From: Gammaproteobacteria bacterium
GTDB taxonomy: Bacteria > Pseudomonadota > Gammaproteobacteria > UBA4575
DNA length: 64,000 nt
Direction: 5' to 3'
Assembly (NCBI GenBank): GCA_965243395.1
Contig: CBDEUS010000002.1
Span: forward strand, 384,001 to 448,000
Shown here: positions 10,606-20,602 of the stretch, one piece after another
Layout of the letters: every line of letters starts with the position of its first letter
Numbering within the stretch: the first letter of the stretch is position 1
The notes under the pieces: model-generated
Seen by the model: only the letters and a program-made list of their open reading frames with translations
Told to the model about the DNA's origin: nothing
The model's database searches: none
Position numbers and translations under genes: made by a program

Positions 10606-10649
10606 ATCTGAAAATTAGATTGCTATCATGAAAACAATCAAATTTACTT
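10606..10649 (+). promoter_or_regulatory. Candidate OxyR operator/promoter upstream of ybaN
   Basis: 27/32 identical to the distal part of the site at 11969-12012 (GATT.CTATCAT..AAA.AAT.AAATTTACTT). Confidence 0.65.
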
Positions 10650-10706
10650 GTGGATATCAAAGCTGCAAAATTTGTGAATAATTTAATTTACATTGTGGCG
10701 GGAACA

Positions 10707-11114
10707 ATGAAAAAAATACTTTACAACTCTATAGGTGGAATCTCGCTTAGTTTAGGTATTGTAGGTGCTTTTTTACCATTGTTACCTTCTACTTGTTTTG
10801 TTTTATTAGCCGCGTGGGCATTTGCTAAATCTTCGCCCGCATTTCATGCTTGGCTAATGTATAAGTCGCCCTTTGCACAGTCAATTCAAGATTGGCAACA
10901 ACATCGGCTTATCCCTATAAGAGTGAAATGGATAGTAACAATTTCAATTGTTGCCTCTTATTCCATTACCCTTGTATTAATTGAAAATGTATATGTGTTA
11001 GCAGCACTGGGTGCAGGTTTGCTTGCTTTATTGGGATACTTACTTTCTAAGCCTGCAAGTATTGAGTCAACTACTTACCAGCACACTCCAGAATTACATC
11101 GGCCAGTAATTTAA
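10707..11114 (+). CDS. ybaN: YbaN (DUF454) family inner membrane protein
   Basis: LGIVGAFLPLLPSTCFVLLAAWAFAKSS motif; ATG 10707 preferred over GTG 10650. Confidence 0.85.
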   Translation: MKKILYNSIGGISLSLGIVGAFLPLLPSTCFVLLAAWAFAKSSPAFHAWLMYKSPFAQSIQDWQQHRLIPIRVKWIVTISIVASYSITLVLIENVYVLAALGAGLLALLGYLLSKPASIESTTYQHTPELHRPVI

Positions 11115-11970
11115 ATTCATGTTTTCTAACACTAGACTTACGCCAGGCAAGACCAATTTCGCGATATGATTTATCTTTTAAAACCTTCGTTTGAACTTTA
11201 GTGTTCTTTAACAAGCCACTATCGATTGCCATTTGTGGAATAAATGTTACGCCTAGGTCACTATCCACCATCTGTATAAGACTGTATAGACCACTGGCGG
11301 AAAATTTACTTATCTTTGCTTTGCGTCCCAAACTGCAGGCACTCAATGCATGATCACGCAAGCAATGCCCATCTTCTAATAATAATATCGCTTCTTTATT
11401 AAGTTTGTTTGGTGAAAAATTATCTGGGTCAATCAATACTGTATCTTTTTTATATGCGAGCTTGAATGGGTCATTATAAATTGATGTGGTTTCGGTATTC
11501 TTAAGATCGAATGGAAGAGCAAGTAAAAGTAAATCTAGTTCGCCATCTAGTAATAATTCGTGAATTTTTTTTGTTTGTTCTTCTTTTAGGTAAAGCTCTA
11601 ATTTAGGAAATTTCTTGCGAATTTTTGGCAAAATCTTGGGTAATAAGAAAGGTGCAATAGTCGGTATTACACCCATTTTAAGCACTCCGCTTAGAGGTTC
11701 TTGTACAGATTTTGCGATATCGACGATTCCTTCAATATCAAAAATAGCTAACCGCGCTTGTTGTGCTACCAGCTTTCCTGCAGAGGTAAACACCACGCTA
11801 CGGTTGGTGCGATCAACCAAGCAAACATTCAATAATTCCTCTAGATCCTTAATGGCTACACTAAATGCTGACTGGGTAACAAAACACGCCTCGGCTGCCC
11901 GGCCAAAATGCAAGTGCTTTTCCAGAGCAATCAAGTAGCGAAGTTGTTTAACAGTGGGGAGATTAGCCAT
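11071..11970 (-). CDS. oxyR: OxyR-type LysR peroxide-sensing regulator
   Basis: LysR HTH; GVIPTIAPFLLP; LLEDGHCLRDHALSAC retains both redox cysteines; next to katG. Confidence 0.92.
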   Translation of the reverse strand: MANLPTVKQLRYLIALEKHLHFGRAAEACFVTQSAFSVAIKDLEELLNVCLVDRTNRSVVFTSAGKLVAQQARLAIFDIEGIVDIAKSVQEPLSGVLKMGVIPTIAPFLLPKILPKIRKKFPKLELYLKEEQTKKIHELLLDGELDLLLLALPFDLKNTETTSIYNDPFKLAYKKDTVLIDPDNFSPNKLNKEAILLLEDGHCLRDHALSACSLGRKAKISKFSASGLYSLIQMVDSDLGVTFIPQMAIDSGLLKNTKVQTKVLKDKSYREIGLAWRKSSVRKHEFKLLADVILECAGK

Positions 11971-12012
11971 CTATAAAAACGATTACTATCATATAAATAA
12001 TGAAATTTACTT
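11969..12012 (+). promoter_or_regulatory. Candidate OxyR operator overlapping the oxyR start and a divergent promoter
   Basis: Two T-N11-A units; homologous to the katG and ybaN sites; TTTACT (12006) and TAAGAT (12028) are promoter-like hexamers. Confidence 0.65.
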
Positions 12013-12039
12013 ATAGCAAGAATTGCTTAAGATAGCTAG

Positions 12040-12164
12040 CCATAGAAACTAGGTTAAAGGATTTTCATTGCTCTGATGTGTAATTTATAAAACTCTGAAG
12101 ATACTCCTCCCTCCCAACTCCCTATTTTCTTTAGATATTACATCCATCAGAGCAATGTTTTTTT
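12040..12164 (+). ncRNA. Candidate small RNA divergent from oxyR (long hairpin, C-rich loop, U-tail)
   Basis: Perfect 13-bp stem CATTGCTCTGATG/CATCAGAGCAATG (12066-78/12145-57), inner stems, loop CTCCTCCCTCCCAACTCCC, then T7; no ORF; 5' end inferred. Confidence 0.6.
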
Positions 12165-12170
12165 AAGCCT

Positions 12171-12728
12171 TTACTGTTGAGACTCCATGACTTGCTGTGC
12201 TCGTTCAACGTAATCTTGATAAGCGGGAATCGCAATTGCGGCCAATATTCCAATCAAGAATAATGGAACAATCAGTCCTGTAATAATCAACAGTGGTGAA
12301 TTCTTTTCAGGTTGCAAGCCATAGTTATTTGATCCCTTTGTACCAGGCCATAAAAGAACATAAAGGCCAAAGATGATTCCAACAATAGGTATAAATATAA
12401 ATAACTGCCACCAACCGCTCTTATCTAAATCATTTAACCTGCGCTTCATTAAAATGATGGAGAAAATTAGTAAGGGTAAATAGAAAACTAGTACAAGTAA
12501 CACGCCCGCAGTTTCTGAGCCCCCAGTACTGGACGCGAAAATAGGAATCAAGATCGCAGCCGCTATACCTATAATGACCACCGAAACCATTGTGGCAAGC
12601 ATTCCATAGGCCAAGTATCTTAATCTGCCAATTCTGCCATTTACGGCGAATATTTTTGGTTGGTAGGTATCTGATGACGAGGTTGTAGTGACAGACTTCG
12701 GGCTTTCATAAGGATTTACAGCTTCCAT
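12171..12728 (-). CDS. DUF805 membrane protein with C-terminal pilin-like helix
   Basis: GRIGRLRY and KRRLNDLDKSGW..PG..G.N.YG motifs; ends in ILAAIAIPAYQDY. Confidence 0.85.
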   Translation of the reverse strand: MEAVNPYESPKSVTTTSSSDTYQPKIFAVNGRIGRLRYLAYGMLATMVSVVIIGIAAAILIPIFASSTGGSETAGVLLVLVFYLPLLIFSIILMKRRLNDLDKSGWWQLFIFIPIVGIIFGLYVLLWPGTKGSNNYGLQPEKNSPLLIITGLIVPLFLIGILAAIAIPAYQDYVERAQQVMESQQ

Positions 12729-12820
12729 AAATCTCTCCTTTTAAATTGGAATGAGAATTTGTTCTAGTTACCTAGAACAAAAGGAATAATACCCTGATTA
12801 ATCTGCCAACGATGTAATGA

Positions 12821-13405
12821 TCAGTGAATAATATCCAAAAATTCTAATACTTCATCAGCTGTTGCCCGATCTCCGTGATTATCACTTACTTTTGCAAACT
12901 GTATATAGCCATCATGGTCAATAACAAACGCCGCGGGATACGCTGTTTCATTTGGATCATTCCATCTAAGTTTTAACTGATTAGTAATTTTATAATCCTG
13001 GTCTAAAACAAAAATTAAATTATTTGGTAAATCAACTTTTTCTTCTAACGGCGCAGTAAATTCTTTGGCGCGTTTTTCTAAGTTTTTTACTTTACCTGGA
13101 TAAATAAATACAACCGGTGTATTTCTTTGTGCTTCAAATGCTTCAGCTTTGGCAATATACCCAGCAACTTGGGTAGAACAAATTGGGCACTGACTACCAG
13201 GAAAGCCGCGCAACATTATTAATACGACGGATCCTTTTTCAACTAATTTAGATAACTTGAATTCTGCACCATAGATGGTGGTCCCGGTAATTTCGCCTAT
13301 TTTGCTGCCTTCTTCAGGACCTATCTTTAAGTCTTTTGTGTGTGCAATGCTAGACGATAATAGTAATGCGCTTAAAAATATAAAAATATGCATGATTTTT
13401 TTCAT
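12821..13405 (-). CDS. Exported peroxiredoxin-like (AhpC/TSA, redoxin) protein
   Basis: Signal peptide; RGFPGSQCPIC (CxxC); YPAAFVIDHDG. Confidence 0.78.
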   Translation of the reverse strand: MKKIMHIFIFLSALLLSSSIAHTKDLKIGPEEGSKIGEITGTTIYGAEFKLSKLVEKGSVVLIMLRGFPGSQCPICSTQVAGYIAKAEAFEAQRNTPVVFIYPGKVKNLEKRAKEFTAPLEEKVDLPNNLIFVLDQDYKITNQLKLRWNDPNETAYPAAFVIDHDGYIQFAKVSDNHGDRATADEVLEFLDIIH

Positions 13406-13465
13406 AGGATTACCTTAAATTGTTTACCAATAATCTGATGGCCTTAATCGACAATGGTTCTACCG

Positions 13466-13843
13466 CTAATCAAATCTTTTCAGCTTTTCAATGTTTTGCT
13501 CCCAGTTTTTGCCGTCGAACTGTTCTACTGGGTACGAACTAACATCAAAATCATCTAAACAACGTGCATTTACACTTACACCATTTGGGTGAGATCTTGG
13601 AATATAAAAAGACTTAACACCACAGATTTTACAAAAATGATGTTTTGCCTCATGTGTGTCAAATGTATATGTAGAATAACTTCCTTCGCCAGTTAACAGT
13701 TTAAATTTTTCTTTTGGAACAATTAAATGCAGGTAAGCTGTTTTTGAGCAAATGGAACAATTACACTCAACCAAATTAGTGCCCTCAGGTACATCAATTT
13801 CAAATTTAATTGCACCACAGTGACAACCACCTGTATTAATCAT
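13466..13843 (-). CDS. GFA (CENP-V/Mss4-like) family protein
   Basis: GGCHCG..CNCSIC..FCKICG. Confidence 0.9.
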   Translation of the reverse strand: MINTGGCHCGAIKFEIDVPEGTNLVECNCSICSKTAYLHLIVPKEKFKLLTGEGSYSTYTFDTHEAKHHFCKICGVKSFYIPRSHPNGVSVNARCLDDFDVSSYPVEQFDGKNWEQNIEKLKRFD

Positions 13844-14430
13844 GATGCATCTACAGTCATTTTACGCAAAGTTCGATCTTTCTTAACAAAGTGATGATAT
13901 AAAGCCGCAAGTATATGACCAAACACTAATAATAGAACGATTAGCTCACCCCCCAGTTCTTTGTGTATATAATCTATCGGTTCTTCAAATTCCTTGAAAG
14001 TCATATTCAAACCATTTGTTACAAGAGCAGTAAATAATTGAGTACTCTCGAACTTAGTAATATCAAAAAGAAAGAAATATTCTGTATTCACGCCGGTGCC
14101 AATATATCCGGTCAACGGCATAATAATTATCATGGCATATAACAAATAATGTCCTAATTTCACTGCTATGTGTGCCATTCTGCTACCAGGTTCTTTATCA
14201 GGAACACGGTTCATAATGCGCCAAAGGACACGTAAGGTAACTAACACTCCTATAGTAATACCAACAGAAAGATGTAGTTGTAATGCAGTCCAGTTTTCAG
14301 GAGTGTCTTCTACGGTAAACCAATGACGGTATTTTACCGACGCATATGAACATAAAAATAATACTGCGATGCTCCAATGCAACCATTTTGCAATTGAACC
14401 ATATGCAAATTGTGAATTTTTCAGTGCCAC
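13840..14430 (-). CDS. Cytochrome b561 family protein
   Basis: KWLHW, LHLSVG, GHYLLY and HILAALYHHF heme-ligand motifs. Confidence 0.88.
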   Translation of the reverse strand: MALKNSQFAYGSIAKWLHWSIAVLFLCSYASVKYRHWFTVEDTPENWTALQLHLSVGITIGVLVTLRVLWRIMNRVPDKEPGSRMAHIAVKLGHYLLYAMIIIMPLTGYIGTGVNTEYFFLFDITKFESTQLFTALVTNGLNMTFKEFEEPIDYIHKELGGELIVLLLVFGHILAALYHHFVKKDRTLRKMTVDAS

Positions 14431-14475
14431 AGGAGAATTATAAACTCTTGTGTTAGAAATAATACTAAGCGTTTG

Positions 14476-16305
14476 TTATTCGACGGTTACAGACTTTGCA
14501 AGGTTTCGAGGTTGATCCACATCCGTATCTTTTAGAATTGCAACATGGTAAGCAAGAATTTGTAGTGGGATAGTAAAAATGATGGGCGCTACTGCATTAT
14601 CAGGCGCATCTACTTCAATCACTATGGTATCGGGTTCAGAAACGAATCCTGAACTTACATCCGCGAACACATGTAATACTCCTCCACGCGCACGAACCTC
14701 TTCAAGATTTGATTTTAGTTTTTCAAGTAATTCATCATTGGGCGCAACCGTTATTACAGGTATTTTATCGTCTACTAAGGCAATAGGCCCATGCTTCAAT
14801 TCACCGGCTGGATAGGCTTCTGCATGAATATAAGAAATTTCTTTTAACTTTAAAGCACCTTCCATCGCAACAGGGTGATGAATACCTCTGCCTAAAAATA
14901 AAGAATGGTTTTTATCTCCATAGTGTTTGGCAAGTTTTTTAATGGTCGGGTCAAGCTGAAGTACTTTATTAATACGTGCAGGCAGGTTCATTAGCTGCTC
15001 GACAAGAATCTTTTCCAATTCATCATGCATACCATGACGTCGCCCAGCGGTAATTACTATGAGTAAGAGTGCCACAAGCTGTGTTGTGAACGCCTTAGTC
15101 GATGCAACGCCAATCTCTGGTCCGGCATGTGTCATAAGGACAAGATCAGATTCACGCACTAATGAGCTTTCTGGCACATTACAAATGGCTAGTGTTCCTA
15201 TGTAGTCTTCATGTTTTGCCTGTTGCAATGCTGCAAGTGTATCCGCGGTTTCGCCTGACTGTGAAATCGTCACAAACAAAGTGTTTGCTTGCACTACATG
15301 TTTACGATATCGAAACTCACTGGCCACATCTACATAACATGGAATTCCCGCAAGTTCTTCAAACCAAAATTTCGCGATCAATCCAGCATGATAACTGGTA
15401 CCGCACGCGACAATTTGGACCATTTTAGTTTTGTCTAAAATTTCTTTTGCCTGTGGTCCAAGAATTTGTTCCGCTACCCTTCCACTAATGAGCCTGCCTT
15501 CCAAAGTGTCCGAAATGGCTTGCGGTTGCTCATAGATTTCCTTGAGCATGTAATGCGGGTAGCCACCTTTTTCAGCTGCTTCTGCAGATAGCTTACTTGT
15601 TGTAATTTTCCGCTCTGTTTTTGATCCAGTTTGATCATACACATGAATCGCTTCGCGACTGATCTCTGCTATATCGCCGTTCTCCAAAAAAATAAATTTA
15701 TTTGTTTCTTTTATTAAAGCTTGTACATCCGAAGCAATGAAATTCTCTTTTTCACCTATGCCAATCACAAGCGGACTGCCATGTCTTGCCGCAATTAATT
15801 TTTCGGGATCATTTTTATCGATCACCCCCAACGCGTATGCGCCTTTAATATCGTTTATTGTTTTTTGAACCGATTCAAATAAAGATAAGCCTTGATCCAA
15901 ATAAAATACAATTTGGTGCGCAATGACTTCAGTATCTGTGTCAGAAGAAAAATTAAAGCCTTTTTCGATTTGTTGTGCTTTTAATTCTTCAAAGTTTTCA
16001 ATAATACCGTTGTGCACAATAGCAACTTGGTTATTAGAGATATGTGGGTGAGCATTGTTTTCTGCCGGCGCTCCATGTGTGGCCCACCGCGTGTGTGCAA
16101 TGCCAAGCTGGCCAATTAAAGCGGATTCATCAAGTGCTAAACCTAATTCATTTACTTTACCGGTTTTGCGAATTCGTTTTAGTTCGCCATCCATTAATAT
16201 CGCCATTCCGGCAGAATCATAGCCGCGATATTCCAGTCGACGCAGCCCTTCTAGTAATACTGGCGATACATCTCGATTAGATATGGCTCCAACAATTCCA
16301 CACAT
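14476..16305 (-). CDS. glmS: Glutamine-fructose-6-phosphate aminotransferase
   Basis: MCGIVG N-terminus; PRNLAKSVTVE C-terminus. Confidence 0.99.
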   Translation of the reverse strand: MCGIVGAISNRDVSPVLLEGLRRLEYRGYDSAGMAILMDGELKRIRKTGKVNELGLALDESALIGQLGIAHTRWATHGAPAENNAHPHISNNQVAIVHNGIIENFEELKAQQIEKGFNFSSDTDTEVIAHQIVFYLDQGLSLFESVQKTINDIKGAYALGVIDKNDPEKLIAARHGSPLVIGIGEKENFIASDVQALIKETNKFIFLENGDIAEISREAIHVYDQTGSKTERKITTSKLSAEAAEKGGYPHYMLKEIYEQPQAISDTLEGRLISGRVAEQILGPQAKEILDKTKMVQIVACGTSYHAGLIAKFWFEELAGIPCYVDVASEFRYRKHVVQANTLFVTISQSGETADTLAALQQAKHEDYIGTLAICNVPESSLVRESDLVLMTHAGPEIGVASTKAFTTQLVALLLIVITAGRRHGMHDELEKILVEQLMNLPARINKVLQLDPTIKKLAKHYGDKNHSLFLGRGIHHPVAMEGALKLKEISYIHAEAYPAGELKHGPIALVDDKIPVITVAPNDELLEKLKSNLEEVRARGGVLHVFADVSSGFVSEPDTIVIEVDAPDNAVAPIIFTIPLQILAYHVAILKDTDVDQPRNLAKSVTVE

Positions 16306-16330
16306 GATTCAATAAGTATACTCGCTTAGT

Positions 16331-17692
16331 TTAATTATTTTTTTTAGGGCGCTGCCAACTATCAATGGTAATTTGTTTGCTGCGCGACAAGGTTAATTTT
16401 TCTTTAGGAGTATCTTTAGTAATGGTAGATCCCGCTCCTATCGTTGCGCCATCGCCTATATTTACTGGAGCAACAAATTGCGTATCTGAACCTACAAATA
16501 CATTGTTGCCAATCGTGGTGCGATATTTGTTTGCTCCATCATAATTACAGGTAATAGTACCGGCACCAATGTTTACGCCTTTACCAATTTCACTATCGCC
16601 TATGTAGCTCAGGTGGTTAATTTTGCTGCCAGATTTTACCTCGGATTTTTTCATCTCAACAAAATTGCCTACTTTAACCTGTTCAGCTAATACGGTTTCA
16701 GGGCGAATACGCGCAAACGGACCAAGTTCGCATCGTTCACCTATAATGGAGTTTTCAATATGGCAATTTGCATGAATTTTAGTGGCTGCTTTTATCTTTG
16801 AATTAATTATCACAGCATTTGCACCAATATAAACACCATCCCCCAATTCATTGTCACCAATAAATACTGTATTGACATCGATTTCGACGTCTTTCCCTGT
16901 AGATAATTTACCCCGCACATCAATACGCGTGGGATCAATAAGAGTTACTCCATTATGCATGAGTTGATTGGCTATTTGACTTTGTAAAACTCTTTCGACA
17001 TACGCAAGATGTTGTTTGTTATTTACACCAAGAACTTCTTCCTCATTATCGCAAATAATTGCTTCAACCGAAGCTTGGTCACTTATAGCCCGTTCAACAC
17101 AATCTGTTAAATAAAATTCTTTTTGAGCGTTTTGATTATTAATATTCGATAACCAATGTTTCAATTTAGCTGCATTGCTCGCAAGTATGCCGCTGTTGAT
17201 TTCATTAATCTTTAATATCTCATCATTTGCATCTTTTTGCTCAACTATACATTTTAGTTTACCGTCTTTGCGCACTATGCGTCCGTAACCTGTTGGATCA
17301 TTTAGTTTGGCAGATAAAATTGACAATTGATGTTTCGATAAACTATCAATAAGCATTTGCAAAGTTTCTGTTCTTAATAAGGGGACATCACCATATAAAA
17401 TTAAAATATTTTGCTTATCGTCAATACTTGGTAATGCTTGTTGCACAGCGTGACCCGTTCCCAATTGTTCACTTTGCAAACACCAATTTATTTTTTCATC
17501 GGAAAATGCAGTTTGCACCAGATCAGCTCCATGCCCTACAACAACATGAATAGTATTTGGTGTTAATTGCTTTGCAGTATTAATTACATATTCGAGCATA
17601 GGCTTACCGGATACTTTATGTAGCACTTTTGGTAAGTCGCTATGCATACGTATGCCTGCACCGGCAGCAAGAATGATGACTTCTAGTCCCAT
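16331..17692 (-). CDS. glmU: Bifunctional UDP-GlcNAc pyrophosphorylase/acetyltransferase
   Basis: ILAAGAGIRM..LPKVLH; hexapeptide repeats; NHLSYIGD. Confidence 0.98.
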   Translation of the reverse strand: MGLEVIILAAGAGIRMHSDLPKVLHKVSGKPMLEYVINTAKQLTPNTIHVVVGHGADLVQTAFSDEKINWCLQSEQLGTGHAVQQALPSIDDKQNILILYGDVPLLRTETLQMLIDSLSKHQLSILSAKLNDPTGYGRIVRKDGKLKCIVEQKDANDEILKINEINSGILASNAAKLKHWLSNINNQNAQKEFYLTDCVERAISDQASVEAIICDNEEEVLGVNNKQHLAYVERVLQSQIANQLMHNGVTLIDPTRIDVRGKLSTGKDVEIDVNTVFIGDNELGDGVYIGANAVIINSKIKAATKIHANCHIENSIIGERCELGPFARIRPETVLAEQVKVGNFVEMKKSEVKSGSKINHLSYIGDSEIGKGVNIGAGTITCNYDGANKYRTTIGNNVFVGSDTQFVAPVNIGDGATIGAGSTITKDTPKEKLTLSRSKQITIDSWQRPKKNN

Positions 17693-17863
17693 ATTGGCTC
17701 TAATTTTTTTCCAAGAATTGTTTCTTTATAAACCGTAACATTACTTACTGTTATTAGAGTGTATGCTAGCGCAGTATATAAAGGGAAAGCTTTATTTGAA
17801 CAGCTGTGGAATTCAGCGGATAGAATTCCCTGTAAAGTCGTAAGAAGTTGTTTTAATTGAAAA

Positions 17864-18286
17864 TTATTTGCGAATCTTGCGCATGCGTTCAATCATGCGT
17901 AATTGCTCTGCGGCTCTGATCAACTCAGCTTGCGCTTTAGCTGCATCAAAGTCCCCTTTCTGGTCTTTCAATGCCTCTTCGGCACGCTGCTTGGCTTCTA
18001 GTGCTTTGGCTTCATCAAGATCTTCTGCACGGATAGCGGTATCGGAAAGCACTGTAACGACATGCGGTTGCACTTCGAGTATGCCACCTGATACATACAA
18101 ATATTGGTCTTCTTGACCATCGATTTCAATTTTCAATTCACCAGGTCGCAATCCAGTTACTAATGGTGTGTGTCTTGGATATATCCCAACATCGCCCATC
18201 TGGGCCGGTGCAAATACAGCATTGATCGTGCCGGAGAAAAGTTCTTTCTCGGCACTTACCACATCTAAATGCATGGTCATGGACAT
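17864..18286 (-). CDS. atpC: ATP synthase epsilon subunit
   Basis: [16 protein letters not shown]; operon position. Confidence 0.98.
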   Translation of the reverse strand: MSMTMHLDVVSAEKELFSGTINAVFAPAQMGDVGIYPRHTPLVTGLRPGELKIEIDGQEDQYLYVSGGILEVQPHVVTVLSDTAIRAEDLDEAKALEAKQRAEEALKDQKGDFDAAKAQAELIRAAEQLRMIERMRKIRK

Positions 18287-18288
18287 AT

Positions 18289-19671
<1,383 letters not shown>

Positions 19672-19705
19672 TTATCCTCTTTAACTGTATTTTAAAAATA
19701 AACTA

Positions 19706-20569
19706 TTAAACCGCAGCAGCACCGCCAACGATTTCTGAAATTTCTTGTGTAATTGCCGCTTGGCGTGCTTTGTTATAGGCAAGTTGCAACTCGGAAATAA
19801 GTTCGCCTGCATTGTCTGAAGCACTTTTCATCGCAATCATTCTCGCTGCCATCTCGCATGCAACATTTTCTACTACACTTTGATAAACAATCGACTCTGT
19901 ATAGCGTGTTAGTAATCCATCTAATACTTCTTTTGCATCAGGTTCATAAATGTAATCCCAATGATGCTTCAGCTCGTCATTATCTTCAGGTTCTAAAGGT
20001 AACAAAGTAGAAACTTTTGGTTTTTGTGTCATGGTATTTACAAATTCATTTTCAACCAAAAATACACGGTCCAGATTACCTTCCGTATAAGCGTCTAACA
20101 CTGCTTTAATAGTGCCAATCAACTCATTCAAGTGAACCTCATCACCAAGATGTGATACCTGAGAAAGTACGTGCGAACCAAACTTTTTAAAGAACTGTGT
20201 ACTCTTTGCACCAATTAAACAAAAATCGATTTCAATATTTTTTTCCTGCCATTGCTGCATATGCTTTATTGCTGCTTTAAAGGCATTGATATTGAGTCCG
20301 CCACATAAACCTCGATCAGTAGACACAATAATATAGCCGACTCTTTTTACATCAGTATGCTCTATTAGAAACGGGTGACTGTATTCAGTATTTGCATTGG
20401 CGAGGTGTCCGATTACATTCAGCATTTTTTGGGAATAGGGCCGTGTTGCATTCATACGATCTTGCGCACGACGCATTTTACTCGCGGCAACCATTTCCAT
20501 GGCTTTAGTGATCTTTTGAGTATTTTTAATACTCGCAATCTGTGTTCGTATTTCTTTTTCGTTAGCCAT
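19706..20569 (-). CDS. atpG: ATP synthase gamma subunit
   Basis: [13 protein letters not shown]; [15 protein letters not shown]. Confidence 0.99.
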   Translation of the reverse strand: MANEKEIRTQIASIKNTQKITKAMEMVAASKMRRAQDRMNATRPYSQKMLNVIGHLANANTEYSHPFLIEHTDVKRVGYIIVSTDRGLCGGLNINAFKAAIKHMQQWQEKNIEIDFCLIGAKSTQFFKKFGSHVLSQVSHLGDEVHLNELIGTIKAVLDAYTEGNLDRVFLVENEFVNTMTQKPKVSTLLPLEPEDNDELKHHWDYIYEPDAKEVLDGLLTRYTESIVYQSVVENVACEMAARMIAMKSASDNAGELISELQLAYNKARQAAITQEISEIVGGAAAV

Positions 20570-20602
20570 ACTGTTAAATTAAATAATTATTTCGCAGATG
20601 AT

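Noticed and set aside
14431-14520. Tn7-like element inserted at attTn7 downstream of glmS
   Set aside because: No TGT-initiated end or TnsB-site repeats about 25 bp past the stop, and no tns genes; the site looks empty
17683-17892. 69-aa ORF between atpC and glmU
   Set aside because: Overlaps both neighbours and has no recognisable features; more likely a promoter/UTR spacer
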